Source: Cenococcum geophilum | Taxonomy: Eukaryota | Length of the DNA: 64,000 nt | Direction of reading: 5' to 3' | Assembly (NCBI GenBank): GCA_050273025.1 | Contig: CP158636.1 | Location: 1,054,001-1,118,000 of the forward strand | In this document: one piece after another, positions 51,536 to 63,840 of the stretch | Numbering within the stretch: the stretch's first letter is position 1 | Layout: every line of letters starts with the position of its first letter | Position numbers and translations under genes: made by a program | The notes under the pieces: model-generated | Told to the model about the DNA's origin: nothing | Seen by the model: only the letters and a program-made list of their open reading frames with translations | The model's database searches: none

Positions 51536-53312
51536 AAACAGCTAATATATTATAGGAAGGCCTCTTCTACGCGATTCTACCCCCCCAGTAACACTCTACT
51601 TGCTGCGGTAGGAACGCCGCTTCGCTGGTCGACGTTTGGGAGCAGAGCTGGAGCTTCAGGACGTTGCGCGCGACGACGCTACAACGAGCTCAAATTTGGT
51701 AAATCGGACTATGTAGTCTTCTTTACCACGGTCGATTTAGGTATTCTAGCCGTTAGAAATAACTTGAATCGTCATGGAGGTTGCTAGATTTAGGTTCAGA
51801 GAAGGTGTATATTAATCAAATTATTCCGCAATCGCATTCCCAGACCTTCTAACGAATATTTGACCCAAAAAGGTTTAGTGCATCGGATGAAGGTCTGGGA
51901 ACGAGATAAACGCGCTTATCTTATCTCATAAATTAGACCCATCGTTGGTACGTGCACTACGCGCACGTGCGGGTATACTGCTCCTAATCACCAACGAATT
52001 TTCCACCGAGGTCTGAGAGCTTATGGTCCTAGTTGTGGTGGTAACAAAAGTTTTAAAATCTCTGCCTTACTGCCAAAACTTATATACTTCTCTAAGTCTA
52101 GTTATCTCTAAAATACTAAGAGCTAAAAGCCCTTTGTAACCTCTATTGCCTCCACGTTATAGCGATATCGTAGCTCCATTCTATAAGAAGTTGGACGTGG
52201 GCAGTTGGTTAATTTTGGTTGAAAATCTACGAAGATGTATTTGAGAATCCTAACTTACGTTCTTCGACGATGTATCTCGCCCCTTAATATTCTAGATATA
52301 GGGCTATAGTATATATTTATGAAGACATAATCACCTAAAGAACCTATTACATTAAACATATATAATATAACTATCGTGGTTGAGACTGTAAGGGGTATTT
52401 TATCCCTTACTCGGGTGCATCGTCCGAGGGCTGCTTAGGGGTAGCCAAGGCCTAGCCGAAGGCTAGGCTTGGCACCTTCTTATAAGCACCTCGGGCTTGC
52501 AGCCCTCTTGCTCTCCTCATCGGTTCGTCTCTCTCTGTACGAGGCTATTGCCATAATCTTTACCATATCGTCCTCTCTTCCATCGACTCTCCTGTGACTC
52601 ATGCTCGGCTTGCCTGCTCCCTACCGTACACCTGGGCAGTATGCCTTACAGAGGCATGGTTCGTAGAAATACACAAAATTCGATTGTTAAAATATTCAGT
52701 TTGTACCAAAACGACGCCCATAAGCTCTCAGACGCTCCGCAGGAGATTTTTGGGGGGTATAGGGAGCCGTTGCACGTGCTTCTCCTGTCCCGTAACCAAA
52801 ATCTACTACGGAGCGTCTGATTTATGAGATAAGCTACATCAGAATAAGAATCATCTCGTATCAATCTACCCACTAGCCTCTACCAGGTCTGTTATTCGTA
52901 TGACCGCAGCCTCTCCAGACTTCCGAAGCCACCAGCTAAAACATTACGAAGTGCGCCCTCCACTCTACGTGTGCCTGAATTGACCGTATCTGCTCCTTGC
53001 CTCGCTTGCTTTTTTAACTCTCATGTTTCATACATATCCATAAGGGGTTTACGGGCTATTCCTATCGGCTTCAGAGAAGCTGAAGGGACACTCGATCAGT
53101 GGAACAAGTGGTTTTTCGAGAGTTTCACATATGTATTGCTCCGATATCTAGGCTATCTCACTCCAAGCATATCGTTTGATGACAGTAGCAATCGTTGGAC
53201 AGTCCAGTGGTTTCTCACGGAATGGATCTGTATGACAGTTGCTGAGAATATCACGAAGCTGGTACTAGAAGACAAAAGGCCATGGCAGACCATACTGGCA
53301 ACTTTATATCCG

Positions 53313-54113
53313 AAGCCCCAGACCTTCCGCGTGCTCGACTGCATAGGCTACTGTCACGACGAGATCAACGAGAGATTCGGCCTCATATTCTGCATACCAC
53401 TTCAATTCTCTAACACCGGCACCACACCCGAGATGCTCATCCTGCGCGATCTCCTGCAGTCCCGCACGCAGTCCAAGATGCCTTTGCCAACCCTCCACGA
53501 TCGCTTCCGCCTCGTGGCCAGCCTCACCAATTCACTCTTACAGCTACACGCCGCCAAGTGGCTGCACCGCAGCCTCAGCAGCGCGAACGTCATCTTCCTG
53601 CGTCGTCCTTCTACCGCCCACCCCGGCAGCAACAATAGCAAATCCCTCTTCGAGGATCACTTCATCGTCGGCTTCGGCTACTCCCGCGAGGACGCCCCCG
53701 GCGCGCTGTCGCTGCCCGTGTCCACCACGGCTTCGGAGGCGGCGTACCAGGACCCGGAGCTGGCAGCCGCTCCGCGACAGGGGTACCGCGCCGCGTTTGA
53801 CGCGTACAGCCTGGGCGTTATACTCATGGAGATCGGGTTCTGGCGATCGGTGGACGTGTTCCTGAAGCCACAGTATACGGCGGCACAGAACCGGGACCGG
53901 TTGTTGAAGTACCAGCTCAGCGGGGACTTGGCGGACCGGATGGGAACGGCGTATGAGGAAGCGACGATGAGGATGCTGTGTGGGGAGGCGTATGATGAGG
54001 AGGATGGAGCAGGGGAGGGTGAGAGACTAGTGAGATTCTTTCAGAGGGTGATTGTGCCGGTTGAGGGGGCGCTGGACGGTAACTTGCGAAGCAGAACGGT
54101 AGATATCCCATAA
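53313..54113 (+). pseudogene. C-terminal pseudokinase half of a HeLo-pseudokinase gene (inverted segment)
   Basis: KPQTFRVLDCIGY, RFGLIF, RFRLVASL..LHAAKWLHRSLSSANV, VGFGYSR, AYQDPE, DAYSLGVILMEIGFW; HRD->HRS and DFG->GFG. Confidence 0.85.
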
Positions 54114-54208
54114 GACATACTTGCTTGCTTTTTTCGTCACTGTCTTACTGGCTGGTGCTCAGGATCGGTTGTTTTGAGTGTTTTCAAGAACCGCTGCCAT
54201 TGTGGTAG

Positions 54209-55089
54209 CGGGGTGCGGCCTAGGAGCGTGGCGAGGCTTTCAGTACGGCTTTTTAGGAGGGAGACGGTCTGCGGAGATTCTCCTTGGTGCTTGCGCCACT
54301 CGAGGAGGACGGGCTTGTGGTCTAGGAGGCAGATGTCTCGTTTTTTTGGCTCGTTGCAAAAAGGGATGGTGGGAACCGACATGGAAATAAGCGGCGCTGT
54401 GCCGTAGACATGCACACCGGGCGCGCTGCGGATCTGGAGCATCAAAGTGTGAAAGTGCTGGTCCGAAGCTCGTGCCAGACTGTCGTATGCGTCTTGCGCT
54501 GCCTCGCGTATGGCCCGGAGCGTGTTGACATTATCCGTAGACGTCGACCGGAGACCCATCATGGCGAAATCGCGGTGGTAGTTGGCCGCTTGGCCTTCCT
54601 GGAGCAAGGCGTTTAGTCTATTGTTCAGCGTTCGGAGATCTTGGACGATCTTCTCAAACTTCCCACGGTCAAAGAGCCAACGCATGGCGAGCTTGGCGGC
54701 GGTGACCCTCCGCCTTCCCCGGAAACTTGGCTAGGAGATAGTTCGGGGCCGCCGATGATATACCTGATGGGAGCGCGAACCTCGCCATCTTCCGCAGGTG
54801 TGTCGTCTTTCAGTCTATATCTGGTCCTGAGCGTGCCCGCGTCTTGAGTGATGACCTCTATCTGGCGGAGCGTGCTGATGACGGTGTCGAGGTCGCTGGT
54901 AGGAATGAGGCAAGTGTCGTCGAATAGACCAGCACTGCGGCTCCAGAGTACTAGTCTCCTCTCCTCAATCTCGAGACAGGTGGAGGCCTCGCTCCCCTGA
55001 TCGCGCATGGTGCGCAGGGCGCCATAGCCTTGAACGCAGCTTGAGAAGAGCGCGATGACGCTGAGCGCTAGACCGGCAGCTTCAGCCAT
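54209..55089 (-). pseudogene. N-terminal HeLo (prion-inhibition/HET-s N-terminal-like) domain plus kinase N-lobe of the same gene
   Basis: MAEAAGLALSVIALFSSCVQGY, LEIEERRLVLW, RWLFDRGKFEKIVQDLRTLNNRL, VLLEWRK, RTESLATLL; frameshift ~54710-54760. Confidence 0.85.
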
Positions 55090-55465
55090 ACTCTCTCTGT
55101 GCGGCGTTTGCTGGCAATTCTTTGATGCCAAAGTCGATATTAAGCGTCGGCGTAGTGTGAGGAGAAGAGAAGTTAAGTTTGGGGTAAAGTACTTGTCTCA
55201 AAAAGGTGACCCCAGCCACAGGGTCAAGCCATATATCGGGTGATCTAGAACGCATTTATCAAGGCCCCAAAACCCTACAAATGGACTTTAGATAATTCTC
55301 AAGTGCTATGTTCTATTCGGCTTAGCGGCTTGGGCTTCTCAAGCGTGGTTTAAGATGAGGCTGAAATTGGAGTATTTCAGCTCACATCCCCATCCACCGT
55401 CGTCGAACATTCGCCGTCGTGGATACGCCCATCTTTTCGCCTATAACACGCTGGCAAAGCCCGGC

Positions 55466-58400
55466 ATGGCATCATCCTCAAATCAAAGGCCGACCTCGTC
55501 CTTGAGACACAGTTCGGCCGGCTCTGAATTCCCGAACGACCAGCCTTGCACAACAATCGACTTCGCACTCGCACAGCTAATCGTCTTAGGAGTCTGGGTG
55601 CACAATAATATACCGGAAATCTCTAATGGAACCGTGCTTTCGGACAACCCACTGGCATTTTCATCCGCCTCGGAGTCGAATTCGCAACCTGTCGGCCAAG
55701 GATTCACAGCATCGGTTTCTGTGGCGAATACTATCATCCTAAACGGTTCAACCATGTCCGATCTAAAGTCTGGTCTAGATTCGGCTCTCTCGTCTCTCTC
55801 CACGGAGGAACTAAGTTCGGAATTAGATTCTGGAGGGATAGTCGTGGAGAAGAGAGTCCGAAGCTGGCAGGGCGACTCCCAGGACTCAGGAATGGCCATC
55901 CTTAGAGAACTGAAAGTCTTGATCTCGCCTTCTATACGCCGCCATCCAAACATTGTCAAGCTGGTGGTTTACGCATGGGAGGATTCTCTGACTGAGATTC
56001 CTCGACTGAGATTCCTCGAATCTCCCCCGTGCTGTCTTTGGAGCGAGCCGCTGGCAGTCTGGCCCAGTTCCAGTCTCAGGCGAAGCTGTCATACACCCAG
56101 AAGAGAGATATCATGCTTGGGATATCCCTTGGGCTTTCTGCTCTCCACGTCGCTGGAGTTATACACGGAGATCTGAAGTCTGAAAACGTGTTGCTGTTTC
56201 GAAAGGGCAGCGACTATGTTGCAAAGCTATGCGACTTCGGCTTCAGCATCCTTCTCGCTGACGTGGAGGGATCGAGGGCCCGCCTTCAGTGGAACTGCTC
56301 TCTGGATGGCACCGGAGTGTCTGACACAAGACGAACTTCTTACCGGGACGTTCAAGAGGACCGACTTCTACTCGCTCGGGCTTTGTTCTGGAGGCTCCCT
56401 CTCGATGGCTACAATCCATTCAATATCCCCGGACTTACCAGGGGTCGTGACCACGACGTGCTGAAGCTGTCTGCGGATCCGTCTCTTCTTGCAATTGCTC
56501 AATTTTCTATACTACTTATCGAAGAGTTCAAGTCGAGGTCTAACGAGATATTCCAACTACTCGCAGCAACTATTCAACAAAACCCCTTTCACCGGAGTCT
56601 TCGAGCCGTCCTAACTATACTTGACGACCGTAACTTCGCAGAACTCAGCACCAGTCGAGTAACACTTAACCCGATGGAAACGCTAAATGAGGAAAGCGGA
56701 TTTTTCGACGTCCGAAATCTTCCTGTTGGGCTCCGCCACAAAGCCTTGAAGCATCTTCAAGCAGGAGCGAAAGCTATGGAGGACGCTACACAGAGCCAGT
56801 TGCCTGGGTTCTGCCCTCTCTCCAGGACCCTGATGAATTACAGTCTCGGCGATGGCGGCTTGGACATAGACGACGATCCGGAAGGTGCCCTCCGTCTGCT
56901 GGCAGAGTGCGCAGAGAGGCGAAACGTTGCCTTCCAGGCAATCGTCGTCAGAATGTATGACTATTTCGGAGTCCAGATGCCCGAGGCTGTGGCCAAGCAC
57001 GCCAACGAATACCTCGCGAATGGGGTAGCGAACGGCTCTCTTACGGCTTGCTTGGACTACGTGACCTACTGGCCACAACTCAAGTACCAAACGGTAGATG
57101 AACCCGGAACATTCTTGCTCAACTTGAAGACGCGGTTCTCGGGCGGGGTAGGCATCGAGGTAGACGGCAGGGTAATGCTCCTCCAGGACACTGCCCTCCT
57201 CGAAACTCGACTCGCCAGCGGCATGAGCAAGACTTTGTTGAAGGCAGCATATGGGCTGGAGCGAGGGAACAATCTTATTCATGGGGCTGCCATGCTAAAT
57301 CTATGCGAAACGGCAGAAATGCTGATCCGCAAGTTCAACATAGACCTGAATGAGCAAAACGACGACGGAGACACCCCCTTGCTCCTGGCCTGCCGGCACG
57401 GCAACTTCGAGATGATCGTCAGGCTCCTCGCGAACAAGGCGCGGCCCAACATCGCCAACAAGTGCGGCGAAACGCCGCTGCATTGGGCCATCAACGTGCC
57501 CGACAAGCCGTCCGAGTTCGGCGGGCGCCCGATCCCGAGCATCCTCCAGCTCGCCATTATGATGCTCGTCGACGAGAAGGCCGACATCAACGCAAAGGCG
57601 CAGCTGTGGTCCTCCAGCGCTGATTGGTTCCTGCGCCTGAAGTGGGCGGCAGGAACGCCGCTGCACCGCGCCGTCTCGCGTCGCAACTTGGCGGCCGCTG
57701 AGTACTTAGCACAGAAAGGGGCGGATCCGCTCGCCGCGGACGGGCAGCGAGAAGAGGACTCCGTGACGCCGCTAGATATCGCGATGCACCACCACAACGC
57801 GCCGATGCTAAAGCTGCTACTCGACGCGTGCCCGCGGTACGACGTCAACAGTATCGATGAGTATGGGACCACTTTGTTTAGCAGAGGCATCTCCACCGTG
57901 TCGGTCATGGAGATGATCATCATCCACGGGAAGCAGTACCCTAAGGCCATCGCCGACACGATAGACGTCCTCTTCTCCCGCGGCCTCAACCTCGACGTTG
58001 TCCAGGTCACAAGCGACACGAGCCCGCCCGCGCCATTGAAGAAACGCAAGGTCCGTGGCCCCAAGGACAACTGCTACGAATTCGACGCCCTCTACCTGGC
58101 AACCTACTTCGAGAAGCTCGCATGGGTGCAGTACCTCCTCACCTCCCCAAAGTGCGCCGCAATGGTATCCCGCAACATCAACCGCCCCAACGATTTCATG
58201 GGCCGCATGCCCCTGCACACCTCCATCGAGGCCGGCTGCCGCGGCATCTTCCGCGCCCTCCTCGCCGCGGGCGCGGACCCGTCGCTGCAAATCAATCTGT
58301 ACGGCGCCCGGATTGCAGGCAAGCACGGCCTTCAAAATCGAATAGGCTGCCTGCACCTCGCCGCAGCGCAGGGGGACCCGGGCCTCTTCTTCACGAAGCG

Positions 58401-59166
58401 CCTGCTGGGCTACGACGTGGACTTGGAGTCGGGAGACATCCGGGGCACGACGCCGCTGTGCCTGGCGGTGCTGGAGGGGCAGTTCCATGTCGCGGGCGCG
58501 CTGTTGGCCGCGGGAGCGGATATCAATAGGCTGATGGGGCCCCCGAAGGCCGCCAAGGACAGGTGGGACACGGTGCTGGAGAGGGTGATTTCGCAGGGCG
58601 CGAACGACGCGCGCCGGCTGCTATACCTCCTGTCACCCGAAGACAAAACGGGCGGCGACAAGACGTCGAGAGCCCCGTGGCTCACACGCCACGGCCCCCC
58701 AGCCTCCTTGAAGCTAGGCAACACCACGGCGCTGCACTTCCTCCTCGACGCCAACGCCTCGCGGACAGACTCGACGTTTATGGCGTGCCTACGCGTGGTC
58801 CTAGATGCCTGCGCCGCTACACAACCGGACCTCCTGAACGCGCTCGCGCTCCCCCGGCGGCAGCTGGACGACGACACGGAAAAAAGCATTAAGATGGCGC
58901 CACTGCATCTGGCCGCGATGCACGGGAACGCGGTCGCGGTGCGGATGCTGCTAGAGGTAGGAGCAGATCGAAGAGTCAAAATGGCGCTAGGTGTGCAACC
59001 GCTGCTGGTCGCTACGGAGGGGTTGAAGCGGCGTAAGGGTGAGAAGGAGACGAGAGGGTATGAGGAGGCGATTCGCCTGCTAGAGGGACGAGGAGAAGGG
59101 GTTTCTGGGAAAGGGGGTGCGGATATGGGAGAGCGGCTGTCGAGTTGGTTGGTGGCTTTGAGTTGA
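55466..59166 (+). pseudogene. Ser/Thr kinase + ankyrin-repeat protein with frameshifts in the kinase domain
   Basis: VGQGFTASV, ILRELKVL..HPNIVKL, IHGDLKSENVLL, KLCDFG, GTALWMAPE, DFYSLGL; many ANK motifs (GDTPLLLAC, GETPLHWA, GTPLHRA, TTPLCLA, APLHLAA). Frame changes ~56020, ~56285, ~56385 (decay or sequencing error). Confidence 0.85.
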
Positions 59167-60799
59167 AGTGATAAAATTAATCTCACCCACTATCTTGCGG
59201 AAGCACTCCCGGCCCAATCCATGAGCCAGTGAGGAACCGCCAGCGTCTTCATCGTGTCAAAGCAAGCTCTTGTGTTCCCAACGTCGATCTGCCTCCCTCA
59301 CCGTCGTTTTTCTCCCCATCTTTCGTAATGATCAAGAAATGCCAATCATGCCCTTGTGCGATAAGGACCGGTATTGCCGGCGATTGCAGCGGCAGCCGCT
59401 CTCCCGATGTTCCACTTCATTTAGCCCGGCAAAGCAATTTGAGCCGCTCCAACCGGGCATCAGTTCATACCGCTATCTGAGGTTTCCCATCGGTCCATGA
59501 CTTCATTGGACCTTTAGTTTCGATGTTGATGGCGGTGGGATCGCGGCGAAGTCTTGTTGTATGGTTCCAAGACTTGGAAGCTGCGCCTGACAGTGGAAGA
59601 AGGGTGCGCCAGGTATGGGTAATGGTGGGATCGGGGTTGAGGGCGACGACATAATCAATGCGCAAGGGAGGAGGGCTCAATCCTCATAGAATTTTTCAAA
59701 TGAGATTAGTATGGGGAAAATTTCAGGAGCAGATGGCACTTACACATTATGTATGTCAAGAGTATTTTGCATCTAGATATCTCAAGTATGAGTTTGAGTA
59801 ACTGTAGATTGACTTAGTGTTCCAGTCATCCTCTAACGCGCCTCCACCACGGTCTTTCTTTCCTGCTGTTTTTACAATATCCTTAACCTCGCAACTTGAG
59901 GGCATTGATCTATATGCACTGCGATGCTGCGGTTCGTTAGTCCAGGGATATTGAAGTCGCGTCTTGTCCGATTGTGTAAGCGCATTATGGCTTTCCGTGA
60001 GTGCGGAAACTCTATCATAATACCCAAGAATACCAATGCCATCTGCAATCTTTGAATGGCAACTCGCACGGCTGCGACGTCCTCTGGCTCCTCTCCCTCC
60101 ACGTCGTCGTCGAAGTTGTAAAAGACGACGGGCTGTTCATCAAAATCTTCGCAATGCCAGTTCTTTTTGACAAATCTGCACCTGCGGACTTCTTCTCATA
60201 GATTTCCAGAGCGTCTGTTCCCGCGGACTTCGCTCGTTTGGGCTCTGGTAGACGGGGCTGGATTTGATTCCAGTGCCGCATAGGAGTAGAGGTTCAGGGT
60301 TGGGCTAGGCCGTTGGGTAACGAGGCTGTTGAGCTATTAGGTTATTGGTTGTCAGGGAAAGACACGGTAGCGTGTAACAGCAGCTCTTCGCTGTTGGCCA
60401 ATAGCGAAGTGACACAGTGCCGGCTGTGGCGTAGGCCAACATCCCGCGAGGCGAAATGTAGCCAACACATTATCCCTTGCACGGATAACCAGATAGCAGT
60501 AAAATCAGCCTTTTACCTTTAAGTGATTTCCCTCTCTCGCATTTAAGGACATTCCATTATTGTCAGAGAAGATAGCTATAATGAGTTCTCGTCAGATGAC
60601 CGAAGCAGATTCGTCTCGGATTCAATCTTCCTAGGTCTGTCCATCCCTTAGCCTTGGTCGACCATTAGCTTAGACTCCCTTAAGCAAAAAGTGGTGGGGA
60701 TATGTCGTCCAAAGGCTTTGCCGCTCGAGCACAGTCTACTGCTGATCGAAGGGTTGCGGGTGCCCTAATCAGTAGTCGTGGAATGAATGCTGGAGGGCC

Positions 60800-62290
60800 A
60801 AATAGTGGGCGGACTGGCGGGAACAATCAAGGTGGACATAATGGAGGGTGGTTTCAGTGCAGCCTCATGTGATACTATTTGAACCGCTAGATGCTGCGGA
60901 ATTTCTTGACAGTCCTCGATCTCCACTTCTATCTACAGCGTTGGTTGCGACAGCTCGCAACAAAATATCATAGAAGTTGTAAAACAGAACAGTAATTCTC
61001 CAGCCCCCCTGCTTCAATTTCCTCCTCCGCAACCTCTAATTCACTTCTCCGTGTCCGTTTAGCTTCCTTCAACACTGGTGCAGAGCTTTTCCGCTTCCGA
61101 CCGGGGTTTCCTTTCACCACGGCAGCTTCTTTCGTATCACGCTTCGCTTGTGCCTCTACAATATCCTTATAGCTCATCACCTTCGCTTTCCCCACTGCCT
61201 TTGATCGAGTCGATTGGCGACATTCTCTCTCGTTTTTCTGCTGGAACAAGAGCCGATTCTCGTCGAGGAGGAGGGCGCGCTCAGAAAAAGCCTTTTCGGT
61301 GGCATTGACCAGCTTCTGCAAGCAGTATTAGCTCGGCTCATCAAGCATGCGAGTATCCTGTTTAATTAGGCTACACAGCGAAGCAAGAGCCTCCGCTGTC
61401 ACTGGCGTTTAGAGTACTTACGGACAAGATTCCACCTTCACTTCACCTTCCCAAGGAACGCTTTCGGATACCTTTGAGTACCCTGACTAGGTTGAACGGC
61501 CACAGGCCGGCTGCTGACCAACTTGCCTTAATATTTCGGGGTGTGAGCGACCTCTCCCGTGCAGGGCCATGGGGAGACGTGAAATGCTACTTGCCGACTG
61601 TATCTGTGCCTCCTCGATACAGTCGTTCAATCTCTTCGCGGTATGCAGCCTTCAGTAGGTTAAAGCCCGACATTACAGGGCTGAAGCTTATGGGAGGTGT
61701 GTGACGGAATACGGCAAAGGATGATGTTGTTCTTAAAATAAGACTGCATGACCTCGACCGACTCGTGAGTGTCGAAGCCGTCACAAATGAGAACCCGTGG
61801 TTTCTGGTTAGCCCGCGCTTTGGGCTGGGGATTAAAAACAAGTTTGAGTTACTTTAAGCTAATCTTAAAGTTAGTGTATTCAGATTGTCAGCATGGGTAA
61901 TGCCATCCAGGTTGGGGTATACAGTCCGGTTGCTTCGATGGGTTGCGGCGGGCCAGATGATTATTAGAAGGAGAGGCCTACCGTCTGCGAATATGCACTC
62001 GATCGCAGTCACCATTTCCCGCTTAACACCCGCGCTTCTATAAGTTCGCGGGTCGTCCTTGCCTACCAGGACTTTGAGGGAGCCGAGCATGCTTAACATG
62101 ACTCCCGTTTCGTCTATGTTGTATATATTCTCCGGCAGAATAACCGGGTCATGCAGTTCCTTTCCGATTACCTCAAACCAGTGTATGATCTTATTATAGA
62201 TGATATTACCATGCCGATTATAATCTAGCGCCTTGACCCGTTTATGTTGAAGCTCAGGATGGCGTCATGGAGGGCCTGAGGCTAGTTCTT
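60800..62290 (-). mobile_element. pogo/Fot1-type DDE transposase remnant
   Basis: NIYNIDETGVML, REMVTAIECI, LICDGFDTH and the C-terminal LLLDENRLL..GKAKVMSY segment; frameshifts and deletions; TIRs not located. Confidence 0.85.
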
Positions 62291-62460
62291 GCTAGGAGGT
62301 GTGATCGTATCGTCGGTCGCGGGAGCCTGAAAGACGGAGGAGCGCTATTAGTGCCCGGGTACCTTAAAACCTGCTGCGTACATTCTCTCTAGATAAATTT
62401 CACCCCACATTCCGTTCGCAGTGTGGCGGTATAAAGCGTCCATAGGCAGAGTTCTGGAGG

Positions 62461-63359
62461 CTAAGAGTGATAAGCAACGGGAGGCCCTTGATTCGTCTCT
62501 ACCTTTGGGATATTCATAATCCAACGGAGGAATAATTTAAGACCATCGATATTCTCATTCTCAAACGATATATGTTCGGTCTTTCGAATGATGAATTTGC
62601 CGTTCTCGTAATATGCTTGAATTACACGTGCATTCCTTCCGGCGATTGAGTACACAAATACCTAGTAGCGCTACGTTAGTAAATACTAGTAGCAATTCTT
62701 ATATCAATAAATACTAACTGGGACAATTTCGTGCTTTCGATACTCTTTATCCCGCAGTCTACCAGCCATTAAACATGCTGCCCAGCATACCTCGCTCCAT
62801 CGCAGCCTGTTATCTGAATCAACTCCATCGGTGAGTAGGGTTCCAAGATGTGGTATCGACGGGTTAAGCGTATCAAAGACGCCCTTAGCATGGGATGGTG
62901 GGTCCGTACGGCTACCAACATCGTTATACGCTTCAAATGGTGTATTATTTCGTAGGCTATTACCGCAATTAGTATGAAAATTAACTAAGACAACAATGTC
63001 ATCCACCTTCTCCAAGCATATTTACTTTGGCTTGCTAAGCCTCCACTATGGAAAGTTGTATAAATAAGCTGCCCCATCTGGATCGCTGCGAAGTAAACTC
63101 CAGGTCCATTCCGCCGTGGCCACTTCTCAACCATATTAAACATGGCGTCAAACTCCTTCTGCGGGCAGAGATCGCAGAATTGTGGACCAGAGTCAGCTGG
63201 TACGCCGGTTTCAATATTCATTGTGGCTACCTCAATGCCGGCCTTAGCTAGATCGTCGCTGCTTAGATATTGTTTTGGGTGACTTAGGAGTTCTGCAAAG
63301 AGATTGCGGACATGGTAGTAGGGGTGGTCTCGGTTATCTTGGGAGTTGGTCGTGGCCAT
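62461..63359 (-). CDS. Hypothetical protein (3 exons)
   Basis: Three ORF-track pieces join via introns 63006-62957 (GTGGAT..ACTAAT..TAG) and 62718-62662 (GTTAGT..ACTAAC..TAG) into one frame ending VPVFVYSIAGRNARVIQAYY..LFLRW. Confidence 0.7.
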
Positions 63360-63840
63360 GGTTAAGGAGAAGGTGGGCAAAGTTCCTAACTAATGTACCG
63401 TGCTTCTGGAGGAATGATTGGAGTCAACGTAGGTTTACGGACGTTGTTGTTCCAAAACGCAGACGCGAGCTGCTTGGCTGTGCTGTTTTAACTGACCTAA
63501 GGGTGAGAAGCCTGAACTAAAGGCTGAGCGCGTCTGTGCAAGGAGGGTGGCCGTTTCCGAACCCCCCCCCCCCCTTGGTCAGCCCTAAATAGTCCCGTTT
63601 TTAGGCTACAGTTATGTACCACGAAGCAGCAGAGAAGCCTACTCGGGGGGCCGCTGCTGGGGCCTGATGGTGGGCGGTGACGAGATCCCAGTGGACACTT
63701 CACGAAAACGAAAACGACAACTTCACATTGTTTATTATCGTAGTACAGCAAGACACAGCTTACAGCGTGGCGAGCTTTATTCCTATCGAAGATATACATC
63801 CTTGAACAGGTGCTTCAAGACTATCTGACTGTCGCCACCA

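Noticed and set aside
52971..54113. 380-aa ORF as one natural kinase gene
   Set aside because: GTG start and a chimeric junction at 53312 created by the inversion.
56029..59166. 1045-aa ORF as the complete protein
   Set aside because: It starts mid-kinase and goes out of frame over GTALWMAPE; the true start is probably 55466.
59872..60300. Possible minus-strand gene remnant
   Set aside because: Protein-like composition but no identifiable family or gene structure.
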